A stretch of 64,000 nt of DNA from the NCBI RefSeq assembly GCF_000497125.1, contig NC_090598.1, forward strand, positions 806,001-870,000, read 5' to 3'. A program made the position numbers and the translations under genes. The first letter of the stretch is position 1. Every line of letters begins with the position of its first letter. A model generated the notes under the pieces. It saw only the letters and a list, made by a program, of their open reading frames with translations. It ran no database searches and was not told the DNA's origin. This stretch comes from Spironucleus salmonicida (taxonomy: Eukaryota). Of the stretch, positions 39,531 through 51,627 are shown one piece after another.

Positions 39531-40969
39531 GCGGCTCGGCCCCTGCGCCAGCCCGGGAGTGAATAAATATTTTACTAAAATCACGATTTCAGTATATATT
39601 AGTTGCTAAAATAAGATTTAATATTATAATAAAGCAAAATAAAATATTAATGCTCAATTATTATAATCATATATAATGAAATTTTGATTTATATTATCAT
39701 TTTAATTGAAGAGTTAATTAAAATGTTTAATTCCTAGTTTTTAATGCCAGTATTAATTTCTCATGGTTATTATTAGAATATTAAGGAATGATAATATAAA
39801 TCATATAATAAAATTTAAATATTTTAATCGCATAATTTTATGCAACCTAATACTTTTCTAAGATTTTTCTTGTTAATCTTTAAAAAATGTATTTACCTCT
39901 CTTATTTTAATAAATATATAATAATAATAATATTGTAAAAGAAATTTATATAGTTTTACAATATAAAACAAATTATTACTATCTGTAACACAAATAAAAA
40001 CTAAATATTTAACTTTTAACTAAAAATCTTGCTCAGTTCTCATAAAAACAAGTTGTTTTTATAGAAGTAATATTGTAATACAGTCCAGTACTTATAAATT
40101 ATGATATATTATTTAATAATTAATTTTTTGATGAAAATGATATCCTACATTAAATTACAATAAAATAAAGTTTCATCTTTAAATCCTAAATTTTCTAATT
40201 CCGATTCATTTCAATAATTAGCATATATAACAATTTTGCTAATAAATAAAATACTTTAAAAAATAACAATAAATTACAACCGTCAAATTTAGCATAATTT
40301 TTGATAAATCCAGGTGTGAAAATTTTGCTTATTTATGTCTGAATATTTAATACATAAGATTATAAATCATTTTGTACCATAAAAAATAAAGATAATGAGT
40401 GTAATTATATGATAAATGTAAAGAAGCATAAATATAAATTAAAGAATCATGATGTATATATTTTTCCAGAGGTTGGGAAAAGTGATTGATCTTCAAATTT
40501 TTCGTTGAAAAAATTATCGAGATTAAGCACAATAATAACAAAGAAATTAGTTTCTTATAATAAATTAATAGTTATTTAATAAATGAGTAATCACAAAATA
40601 GATAACAAAATGATTTTAAAAATATGAATTAGTATTATGAATAAACTATATTTGAAGTCGGTTTTATCTACCCAGAAGGATATTTTTAGAAATTATACTT
40701 TATGATTATGTTATAAATCATCTAATAAGAAAATATTTTTACTTGCTTAACACAACTAACAATGTATTACAGAAACAATAATATCATTAATATGTTTCAA
40801 TATAAAAAATTATGTTGATGTACATAAAAATATACAATACAGGTAATAACAAGAGTAGGGTTTTTTACAGTTACTGTTATAAACCACATTTAGATTTTAA
40901 CACTATTCATTATTATTATATGATATTTATGATATTTATTTCATTGGTTCTTAATAGATTTGTTTTAAA

Positions 40970-42319
40970 ATGCCCGCCAAGACCGTGCAAGATTTAAAGA
41001 ATGTACTTTAATAGAGAGATGCTCACAACATTGAATTCTGCCAAGCTGTAAACGAGGTAATTGACTCCTTAACAGTTGTGTTTGAAGAAAATCCAAAATA
41101 CATATCTGTATTTGAACAATTATTAGAACCAGAACGCGTTATAATGTTTAGAGTACCTTGGACTGATGATAAAGGAGAAGTTAATATTAACAGAGGTTAT
41201 AGAGTTTAATATAACTCTGCTTTGGGCCCCTACAAAGGTGGACTACGTTTCCACCCTTCAGTCAACATCTCTGTGCTCAAGTTCCTGGGTTTCGAACAGA
41301 TTCTCAAAAACTCCCTCACAACCCTTCCAATGGGAGGCGGTAAAGGCGGTAGCGACTTTGATCCTAAGGGTAAATCCAACGGTGAAGTTATGCGTTTCTG
41401 TCAGTCCTTCATGACCGAGCTCAGCAGGCACATTGGTCAGTTCACTGACGTTCCAGCTGGCGACATCGGTGTCGGTGGCAGAGAGATCGGCTACATGTTT
41501 GGTCAGTACAAGAGAATCCAGAACCAGTTTACAGGAATTTTGACCGGAAAGGCATACAGTTGGGGCGGTTCGCTTATCAGACCAGAAGCTACTGGTTACG
41601 GGGCAGTGTATTACCTTAACGAGATGATGCTCGACAACGGAGACGATATCAAAGGCAAGAGAGTTCTCCTCTCCGGATCTGGCAATGTTGCGCAGTTCGC
41701 ATCAGAGAAGCTCCTCCATTACGGTGCTATCCCGCTTTCTCTCTCCGACTCTAACGGTACCATTATCGAACCTAACGGCTTTACTGCGGAGCAGCTCAAG
41801 ATGGTTATGGACCTCAAGAACATTAAGAGAGGCAGACTCTCCGAGTACACCTCCATGTCCTCCACCGCCAAGTACTATGAAGGCCAGCGCCCATGGGCCG
41901 TATACGAAGGGAAAGTGGACGTCATCATGCCTTGCGCTACCCAGAACGAGGTCAACGGCACCGAAGCCGAGAGAGTCATCAAGCTTGGGCTCAGGTATGT
42001 TTCCGAAGGCGCCAACATGCCATCCAATGACGACGCTATCCACGCATACCACTCCAGCAAGGTTTTCTACGGCCCTGCTAAGGCATCAAACGCCGGCGGT
42101 GTCGCTACATCAGGTCTCGAGATGACTCAAAACTCCAACAGGCTTCAGTGGTCGGCCGAGAAGGTTGATGCTGAGTTACACGCCATTATGAAGAAGATCT
42201 TTTAACAGTGCAAGCAGACCGCGGAAAAGTACAACAAAAAGGGCAACTACCAGTTTGGTGCCAACGTTGCTGGATTCCTTAAGGTTGCAGATAGCATGAT
42301 TGATTAAGGATGCGTCTGA
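40970..42319 (+). CDS. gdh: NADP-specific glutamate dehydrogenase, copy 2 (449 aa)
   Basis: Near-identical direct repeat of 29976..31325, offset 10994 bp, with canonical RPEATG. Confidence 0.97.
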
Positions 42320-42587
42320 TTTGTTAAAATTAATATGAATTCTTTCCAGATATGTATATATTATGAATATAACTTATACAAATATCATTTGTGCACAGCA
42401 TTAATTAATAAAGAAATATAATTTTAGAGTTACATTTTCTGTTCCTCAATTTTATCATATAATCTGAATATTATTCTAGGTAATTTTTTATATAGAAAAC
42501 CTTTATCAAATAAAATAATTATTGATACCCTATAATCAGATACATATAAACAAAATTTAATAGATATATATGAATTTCACTGCCCCA

Positions 42588-43997
42588 TCATTTTTTAAGA
42601 TGTTTGTCAATATCGAACTTGATTAAATTTTAATAATATTTATCATCAACACCTGCCTTCTTTAATTCTGAGATTTTTTCTTATCTAAGTGCTTCTAACA
42701 TTTCTTTCATACGAGCTTCCTTGACTTTGATTTCTTCTAATTCATTATCTTTAGGATTTTCTTTCTCTAATCTATCAGCTCTTTATTTAATTTATTCTTC
42801 ATACATATCTTTTAGCTATAGAGCCTTTGTACATGCTGTTTCTCTTTCTTCAAGAAGCATAAGCTCCCACTCTCTCTTAGTTTATTTAGCAGCTTAAAGT
42901 TCTCTTGCCATTTCTTTCTCAATTTTTTATCTTCTGAGCTCTTTTTCTCTTTCTGACATAGATTTAGCTTCAAGTAACTCTTATCTTTATCTCATAACTT
43001 TTTCTCTAAGTTCTCTTTCCTTCCTTAAAAATTCTTTCTCAGCTTTTTCAAGTGCACTCCTTTCCCTAGCATTTTCAATGCTTTCCATAGCATTAGAATT
43101 CTACGAATGAACCTATAAAGATTTAGCCCATTCAGCATTCTTTCTTTTTTCTTCTTCTTAGCGTTTTCTTTCACGATCTTAATCTAAATAATCTTAGTGC
43201 TTGATATGCTCTAAGATTCTATCATCTTCATCCTTTTCGAAGTTTTTCCTTACATCTTTCAATCTTAGCTGCTCATTATTAATTTAAACGATTTCTTAGT
43301 TTCTTCTTTCTCTTTCAGCCTGCTATTCTATTGCAATTTACTTTTATAATTCAGTTTACCCAGATATAAACTTTTTAAATTCTTCTCCTTCTCTAAGTTT
43401 TTCTTCTTCATCAAGTAATTTTTGTCTTTCTTTTCTATCCGTTTCTGCTTTTGCAGCAGCCTTTAACTCTTCTAATTATCTTTATCTAGCAGCTAGTCGT
43501 CTAGATTCTTCATCTTTCAACTACTTTATAGTCTCTGAGTTAATTTGCTTGTCTTTTTCTTTTTCTAATTGTTCCTCAATTTTACTACGTACAGAAATGG
43601 CAGCTTGACGATCTCTGACAGCATTCACCTTTGCTTCAATCGAAAGAGTATTAAGCAATTTAGCAACATCATCTCTTTCAACTGTTACACGAGTAAGATT
43701 ATTAGTTAAAGATTACTTTCTCATTTCTTAAAGTTTTTCTGCAGAACTCTTAGGCATTTTCTAAGTTCTGATAGTTTCTGCCTAAATAAGTCTCTAGTTT
43801 CGTGATTAAATCTCAACTTCTTTATTATCAATTCTTGCAAAAGTGCGCGTATTTTAATCTACTTCAGATTATTTAATTGATTAAGAATTTTAACGAATTC
43901 TATCAAGATCTGATGAGGAAATGATCTGTGCAACTTTTTAAGAATGAGGAATTAACTTCTTTAGTTAATGTGTAGGCACAATATGAGGTTAAGACAT
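42588..43997 (-). CDS. CFAP45: Cilia/flagella-associated coiled-coil protein, CFAP45 (CCDC19)-like (469 aa)
   Basis: ERDDVAKLLNTLSIEAKVNAVRDRQ resembles the CFAP45 segment DEVKKLN..ILNAKCHAIRDAQ. Long E/K/R/Q coiled coil, C-terminal ELKKAGVDDKY. Absent from the ORF track. Confidence 0.8.
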
Positions 43998-44185
43998 TAT
44001 TAAAAAGAAATTGCGGAAATGTGGAGTGGAATTTACATTAGTAGGAATATCATATAATATTTATTTAGAATTTCAAAATAAATATATGACAATTCCTAAG
44101 CGATAATTTATAATAGATTCTATGCACTAAAATTAGTATATAATTTAAATTTACCCATAAATAAGTGTATTTAAAGATAAATATT

Positions 44186-45828
44186 TCACAGATCATCATC
44201 AGTTTATAATTTAGTTACAACTCTTTTTCTAAAGCTTAACAACCCTTTATACTGAAGTATACGGATAATAAGTAATGCTATAAAAATTATACCAATGACT
44301 AAATCTAATGTAAAAATTATTTCCAACAGCATAGCGTAGTTTTCACTATACCTAATTCCAGAGATTAATGTAAATGAATCTTTACCACTTTTAAAAGTAA
44401 AGCTAACAGATGATCCTGATTTATATAGATCACATAATTTTCTAACACCATCTTAAGTATTAGATTCTATACAAATTTCTCCTAATTCTACAGAATAATT
44501 GATTATACAATCTAATTAATAAGCATCTAAGGTTATTGAAAATTTAATTTGTACTTCAGACTAGTATGGACAAAATTTTGAGCCTTCGTTCTCAGAAAAT
44601 GTTCCACATATTTTATTTTGATAATGTATAGTATAAATACTTGCCCAACATGTATCTTATGTATTTTTAATAATGTTTGACGCATATAAATACATTTAAC
44701 CACTAATATCATAAAAATAGTAATGTAGTAGAACATCAACCTCTTCCAAATTATAATTCTAAAGATACAATAAAATTTCTGAACATGCTCCCCCATCACT
44801 GTTATCGTCACAAAATATTCCTCTATCAATTATTGGGAACTCAAATGAATCTGTAAGAAATAATAAGTTGACTACTGTTTCTCCATCTACTTTGCTAAAA
44901 ATTTCATATCTAATATAAATACTAGATATTCTGGATCCATATAGAGCATCTAGTTCAGCTGCATTAGGAAGTGGGTCAGCTATAAGAGAAAATATTTAAG
45001 CCCATACGATAAATATTGGATTTAAATACATTTCACCTAATTATAAACTTTATACCAAACTTAAAACTGCCTTTTGAACAATTAATATTTCATCTGCTAC
45101 TAATTTTAAATATATATTAATAGAGTTATAACTATTTACAATTAAATTTGAAAATTCATAATTTATATCAATTTTAACAAAATTATCTGTAATTTATTCT
45201 TTTACAATTTAGTTTCCTTCATCATCTATTGCGTTGATAACAATATTATCAATTGTTCCATCAATTCGAAACAATTGTATATTACATTCATAATCAGGAA
45301 CACCGTATTAAATACAATTATTAGTTAAATAAAGTATTAGTTTAGCTTCATCACTTTGCCAAAACATTGCAAAAACCGTATTATCATAGCAATTTTATAA
45401 ATCTGAATGCTATATTAGTATTTAGCCTACTGGAAGTGAGATTTATCTTGTTAAATATTTTAAATTAACTTATGCAGCTTCTGTGTCTTAAATATACCCA
45501 CATAAGCTATCATCACCGAGAATAGGGCACTTATAGCAAAGAGTTGTTTAAGTGTTATAGTATAATCTTAAAATTCTCCTCTTATGGTTCTATTAGAGAA
45601 ATTTGAAAGTAATACATCCATATATACACCTGATGGCATCTACATACAAGTATCAGCAAAATTAATATCAAATTGAATGCATAAATATCCATTATCAATA
45701 TATGTTATTAAAATGTTATTTCTTCCATAACAATACAGTAATGGTCTAGGGTTGTAATACTAATCTTCATACTCTTGAATAGTACTCTGATTTATGAAAA
45801 GTGCAGTTATTGATAGGCCTATGAACAT
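44186..45828 (-). CDS. Type I membrane/surface protein with spaced Cys and C-terminal TM; one apparent frameshift near 45555-45575
   Basis: Signal-like MFIGLSITALF, long code-6 frames and a TM segment IIFTLDLVIGIIFIALLII. Total length 1643 = 3n+2. Confidence 0.6.
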
Positions 45829-46694
45829 ATTTAAAATAAATTTATCTTTAATATTATAAAAAATATCGAATGTTAAATTATAAAATATTTTTTTTCTGTT
45901 ATCGCTAGCTGTTGTATAGAAAATATAATAACAGTAGACTGAAGTTTTCAATGAAAAAATTGAATATAATTTTAATTTACGATTTAAATTACTATTAATT
46001 ATGATAAAGTAAAATAGTTTAGTATTCAAGAATATAAGTTTATTTTACTTTGACTTAAATGTAATGAGAACACCCCTTTATTAAACAGAATAATATCTAA
46101 TATTAATAATTTGTTATAAAAATAATCATTATTCTAATCTTATTAGATTAATACTACGGAACAAAATTTAAGTAATGCTATCACTTTAATTATATTCTAG
46201 TTTCAAACCCATTGATATGTAACTATACCCAATTAAAATAAAATATTAAAATATAAATAAAATATAAAAAATTAGTATTTAACTCAAATTATACTATCTA
46301 ATTTACTATTTAGTAGGGCAAATTTGTAAGTTTTCCTAAATTAATAAATACCAGGGGCTATCTGCTATAGATCTTAACTACCAGAAGAGGATGGCGTGAT
46401 TTCTACTAGCCTATTCAAATTTGATAACCTTCGATTGAAGGTCTTGATTAAGTGCGTCTAATGTGTGATACATGATAATATTTTATATTACTATTATTTA
46501 GTATAGTCATAAGCTAACCGTATCATATCATAGTTTGGTGGTAATATTTGTAAATTCATTTATGAAACTTTTGTTTAGTCTTTAATCATTTTAATAATAT
46601 TTTATAGTATTATATACTTTATTTTTAAGATAATAATTTTATATTATAAATAACTATTATATACCATAAAATATTATTTATATAGACCTCTAAA

Positions 46695-47927
46695 ATGTCC
46701 CTTATTGACTCAGCTTCTATTTTAAAGCTTATGTCCAAAACACCATTTGATACTACTAGTGTAGAAGAAGAAATCAAAGCCCTTTAAAATGAAATAACAA
46801 AAATATCAGGTGTTCAAGAAATTCCTACTGGTTTAGCACCATTACAACATTGGGACTTAGAGGATGATTTGCGCATTATTGAAGGGCGCTAGTTTACTGC
46901 TTTATAGGTGGCTAGAATCTCCAAAATTCTACCTGGTGAGACGTTCAGGGCATGTATTTCAATTCGTCATTCTACTAACTTCTTAGTAGGAAAAAATGAA
47001 AAATTGAGCGAAGATAATTTAGAAGAGGATATGAGAGTTGGCCTAGGTGCAAAATTAGAGGTCAAGGTACCACTCCCACCTTCATTGGATCCTACGGTGT
47101 CGCTTATGCAGGTAGATGATAGGCCTACAACTACGTATGCAGATGTTGGCGGATGTTCTTAGCAATTAGATTTAATTAGAGAAATCATAGAATTGCCAAT
47201 TTTGCATCCTGAAAAATTCGAAAAACTTGGCATTTAACCTCCTAGAAGCTGTATTTTATATGGCGTTCCAGGAGTTGGCAAAACTCTTACCGCTCGTGCG
47301 ATTGCCAATAAAACCAGATCGACTTTCATTAGAGTCACAGGCTCAGAGCTAAATTAAAAATACGTAGGCGAGGGGGCTAGAATGGTCAGAGAGATCTTTT
47401 AGTTAGCAAGAAGCAAGAAGCATGCTATTTTATTCTTCGACGAGGCGGACTCTTTCTGCCAAAAACGAAGCATAAACGCGCAGGAGACCGGCGATACTGG
47501 GGTCTAGAGAACTATGTTAGAGCTAATCAACCAGCTGGACGGATTTAGAAAGCGAGGTAACGTCTTCGTGCTAATGGCCTCCAACAGGCCCGACACGCTA
47601 GACGAGGCCCTGCAAAGGCCAGGGAGGCTAGACAGAAAGATCGAATTCAAACTCCCAGACTTGAACGGCAGGGCTGAAATCTTCAAAATTCAGACCAAGA
47701 AAATGGCAGTTTAGCAAAACATCAGATGGAAGCTGCTGGCCAGGCTCTGCCCTGACGCCAGCGGGGCCGAAATCGCCTCCGTCTGCAGAGAGGCTGGCAT
47801 GCTTTGCGTAAGGGAGAGAAGAAGAGAAATCATCGAAAGCGATTTCGTGAGAAGCATCGAAAAGGTTATTAAGGGGTACAGAAAGTTCTTGAATTAGGGC
47901 AAGTACATGGCTGCGAACGTGATGTGA
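46695..47927 (+). CDS. RPT1: 26S proteasome AAA ATPase Rpt1/PSMC2 (410 aa)
   Basis: TGLAP..WDL and LQVAR N-terminal Rpt1 signature, Walker A GVPGVGKT, Walker [18 protein letters not shown]. Confidence 0.93.
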
Positions 47928-48042
47928 GCTAAATACGTTATCTTGAGTTTAAAAGTTTACTTATGATTTAAAAATAACATATTTAATACTATATATTATA
48001 TAATATATAGTAAAGTGAATTTTTAAAAATCAGTTATACAAA

Positions 48043-48360
48043 ATGCGAGGTATGCATCAGTCATTTAAACTGTACATGAAGAATGAGCAGCCTGTGATGC
48101 CGCCTCCAGAAATCATAAACACTCTGATTGGCGACGAAGAGATTTCGAAACACAGAGATAGCTAGTCTTTTTACGTCGTTTACAACCAGTTCGTATATGA
48201 CATCGCGAAATATGTAAAATATCACCCTGGTGGTGCCAAGTGCTTTGCAACCAGGGATTATGACATAACTTCTGCGGTCAAGAAGGCGCACGCGTGGATT
48301 TAGGTGGAGAAGTATATTTTGCACTGCATAAGAGGCAAATACGCTAAGAGTGACTAATGA
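48043..48360 (+). CDS. Soluble cytochrome b5-like protein, divergent paralog (105 aa)
   Basis: Code-6 translation ...FYVVYNQFVYDIAKYVKYHPGG...DITSAVKKAHAW. Missed by the ORF track. Confidence 0.88.
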
Positions 48361-48374
48361 GATATTTTCACGAT

Positions 48375-50165
48375 TCATACGGCAGACAGGCTGTCCAGAC
48401 ACTCCAGCTCCTCCATGACCTCCTTTAGCTGCTCCTCCCTGCCCTGCTCTTTGTACAGATGCGCCAAGTTCTGCAGCCCGGCCCTCTTGCCCGAAACGTC
48501 CCTAATCTTGCCGCTAAACTCTACTAACTGCTGCAAATACTGCTCGCCCTTGCCGTCCAGGTCCAGCAGCCCCGCAAGGCACAAACTGTCCTAAAAAAGC
48601 TGCTCCGGCAGCGGATCCGCGTCCCGGAAGAACACCGGCGCCGCCAGAAGGTACGCAGACGGGTCATTTTCGGCCAAAAACGCACCCTCGCCATTCTGCA
48701 TCGCCTGCACCACATTCCGAAGCGACATTCGCGCCTAATCGGACCTGTGCGCCTCGAACTGCGCGTAGCTCAAATTGAATGCGCAGAGCTGCGCCAAAAA
48801 CGCCGTTTCTGGCCCCGCCAGAAGCGCGGCCTTCTAATAGTACGAAATAGCTTATTCCGCGTCCCCTGCGCTCTGGCCAGCCCGCCCGCAGCAGCGCAGC
48901 GCCCGGACGCGCCCGAAAACGTCGTTTACCGCCTCCGATTTTTCCAGACTGATCACGAAGTGATCCAACGCGGTGGCGTACTCGCTGAGCTCGTAATAGC
49001 AGCAGCCCAACATCACGTACACGTCAGAGAGCATTTTGGAAGCCGCCTCAGACGCGAATTCGAGCACGAAACGCGCCACGTCGCTGAGCGCCGAAATCGC
49101 CTGCGGAAACTACAAATTCTGCATCAAAATACGCGCCCGCGTGAGCTCCAGCGGCACCTGATCCAACGACGATTTTGCGACTTTCAGCGGCCGCGAAATC
49201 GCTAATTGAGACCGTTTCGGAGCGCTGCGCTTCTCATTCGCGCCCTGCTGCCGCCAGAACTCGTTGCGCTTCCCTATGAACTGAATTCCGCCAGAAACGC
49301 TCTGAGCGAGCGAGCTGCACGTCGCATTCAGCTTAGCGTCATTTTGGAGCAAATTCAAGAGCTCCAAATCGAGTTCTAGAGGATTTTTATGCCTGATTTT
49401 TTTCTTGATTTGCGGCGTAATTTTTTCGACCGGAGCCGCATAATAAGCCGTATTCGGCGTCGCCGTCGCGTTAACGGAATTCGTGCCCAGGCAGTCGTCG
49501 AGCTGCACCAAAACGCCGGATTTCGGCTCTGCAATAACGCCTTAGCGGTGGCAGAGGTGCTAGAGGCACGCCTGGCACCTGCAAGCGCACTATTTCGTCG
49601 CAAAGTACATGTCGCGGCAGGAGGAATTCTGGCAGCCCAGGCAGCCGCAGAGGCAGCGATTCTGATTTTTGCTGTTGAAATCCGTCAGAATCAGCGCCTT
49701 GATTTCGGTGGTGTCGAAATTCGGATTCTGAGGCGTTTGGTGCAAATTCGGATCGAAGTCGACGCAGGTGTCAACGGCCTTCAAAATCGCCTCTTCCGCC
49801 TTCTAAACGCCCAGCTGAAACTTCTTCACGTCTGGCCTCCGCTGGTACGCCTTGTAGTAGAACGCCAGCGCGTTCTCGAATTGGCCGCCTGTGTAGAACG
49901 ATTCTGCTTTCTGGTAAAATCCGGAGTAAAATGTGTCGTCTTTGCCGATCGCGTCAGTTGCGTCTTTTATGGCCTCTTCGGTCCGGCCGAGCGAAACTAG
50001 GCAGCGTGAGCGGTTCAAAAGGACGTTTCTGTCTACGCTATAATAGAGAGATTTCGAATAGGCGTTTACTGCTTTTTCGTACAGTTATTTTCTGTAGCAG
50101 GTGTCGCCTTCGGCTATATATAGTCTGGACAGCTCTTCAGCGTTTCCGGCATCCGAGGAGGTCAT
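48375..50165 (-). CDS. TTC25: Outer dynein arm docking subunit ODAD4/TTC25-like TPR protein (596 aa)
   Basis: YIAEGD, NRSRC, YQKAE.FY..GQFE.AL.FY, RPDVKKFQLGVQKAEEAI and FWRQQ motifs. Confidence 0.85.
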
Positions 50166-50243
50166 TTTTTGTAATTTGCGGAGCGAGTTTAGGATACTAT
50201 TTTTATATGCTAATAATATAATTGTTTCAATTTTTTTCTATAT

Positions 50244-50258
50244 TTCCACTCCACGTGT
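50244..50258 (+). promoter_or_regulatory. C-rich CCACTCC-type upstream motif (representative instance)
   Basis: Recurs within about 20 nt of the ATGs at 3910, 15030, 16588, 20491, 28976, 50259, 56448, 58693, 62750 and 63915, often after a TATTATA-like box. Such a motif is known from Spironucleus salmonicida. Confidence 0.75.
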
Positions 50259-50720
50259 ATGGCCGACTTAGTCCGTTCCGCTGATTATAGAGATCTCCTC
50301 CGTATCTTCAACACCAATGTTGATGGTAAGCGTAAGCTCGAAATTTCCCTCACCAAAATTCTTGGCATTGGTAGACGTTTTGGCCGTGTTTGTCTTGAAA
50401 AAGCTAGCATTGACCCCTTCAAGCGTGGTGGTGAAATGACTCTCAAAGAAGAAGAAGAATTGCTCAAAATTTTCCAGGATCCCGTAGCTCATGGTATCCC
50501 CGTTTGGATGATCAACAAGAGAAAGGAAGTCATCACTGGTAAGGATATTCATATTACCTCATCTCAGTTCTCCCAGCAAACTCGTACTGAATTAGAAGGT
50601 ATGAGAAGAAACAAGTGCAACAGAGGTCTCAGGCATGCTGCTGGTATCAAAGTTCGTGGTCAGCGTACTAAGTGCACTGGTCGTCGTGCTGGTGTCGTTG
50701 GTGTCCAGCGTAAGAAGTGA
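50259..50720 (+). CDS. RPS18: 40S ribosomal protein S18 (uS13)
   Basis: LRIFNTNVDGK, GIGRRF, IPVWMINKRK, RGLRH..GIKVRGQRTKCTGR. TTCCACTCCAC upstream, aAGTGA stop. Confidence 0.98.
   Translation: MADLVRSADYRDLLRIFNTNVDGKRKLEISLTKILGIGRRFGRVCLEKASIDPFKRGGEMTLKEEEELLKIFQDPVAHGIPVWMINKRKEVITGKDIHITSSQFSQQTRTELEGMRRNKCNRGLRHAAGIKVRGQRTKCTGRRAGVVGVQRKK
50716..50720 (+). terminator. AGTGA stop codon/polyadenylation signal (representative instance)
   Basis: Stops at 766, 4523, 5694, 11963, 14098, 21852, 25607, 33980, 50720, 55404, 56345, 56771, 58484 and 63772 are all AGTGA. Dual use is known from Spironucleus. Confidence 0.75.
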
Positions 50721-51410
50721 TATTAATTTTTAAGTGATATACAATCTTTCGATAACATTGTATAGGGAATTTTTAGTAAATAAAGAAATACTCATATCTA
50801 TATATTCATAAGAATCTATCTACCCAGTTCTAAATCCACCCAATTAGCATTAACGTATTAATTAACAAAAGATTCGACAATTTCTTCAGATAGCAAGTAA
50901 TAGTTTATAATACAATTAACAAAATAATCTTTATACGCTATTTCGTCATAGAATGGTACACACCAGAAAAATAGCAGTAGTTTAATATTATTTTTCCAAT
51001 ATACCTTATTAGTACATAAATAAAGCAGTTTTATTGTTGTGATCATATCAAATTATAGTTTATCTAGATTTTACTTTTTAAATATAAAAATTACAACCTA
51101 TCTAGTTGTATTCACATCCACTTGTGAAATGAAGATGTTATTTAGTTATGCGTAAGATATAGAGCTAGTTTTTTTAAATTAATTATGTATTATTTCAATA
51201 TGTTCTATGAAGACATATGATATTATTTATGAAGTGGATATTGTCGAAGAAGAGCTTGAGCTTTATGAGGAAAACGTTCCCAAAGTAGCTTATGATCTTT
51301 AATAATCTGATGACATTTTAAATTGATTTATAAATTTAGGGTATATAGTATAAGTTTAGATCAACTAAGTATTAGAATTTTCTATATTAGATATAGAAAA
51401 ATAATTATAT

Positions 51411-51492
51411 GTCACTTTGGCCGAGTGGTTAAGGCGTTGGACTTGAAATCCAATGTACGTTGTACGCATGGGTTCAAACCCCATAGGTGACG
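51411..51492 (+). tRNA. tRNA-Ser(TGA)
   Basis: GTCACTT/AGGTGAC acceptor stem, TGGCCGAGTGG A-box, TTGGA-CTTGAAA-TCCAA anticodon arm, long variable arm, GGTTCAAACC T-loop, G discriminator, T-run downstream. Confidence 0.96.
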
Positions 51493-51627
51493 ATTTTATT
51501 TGTTTTTTGATAATTATAATAAAATATTATATTATAATAAAATTTTACATATTGATTTATTTTGTATAAAAATATAGTTTAAAATTAATAATAATTACGC
51601 ACAATTATTCCTTTCACTTCTTAAATC

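Noticed and set aside
38173-39609. Six long ORFs over the satellite as separate genes
   Set aside because: The unit contains no stop codon in any frame, so long ORFs are automatic. Kept only as a hypothesis in findings.
48061-48402. Minus-strand 113-aa track ORF
   Set aside because: It is the antisense shadow of the plus-strand cytochrome b5 gene.
34599-50165. Functional clustering (Rpn1/Rpt1/Ubc7; CFAP45/TTC25; SRP72/TMEM208)
   Set aside because: The genes are kilobases apart and interspersed with unrelated genes, which is plausible by chance in a compact genome.
51411-51492. tRNA with TGA as an opal suppressor or Sec tRNA
   Set aside because: Anticodon 5'-TGA-3' reads UCA (Ser). A suppressor would need TCA.
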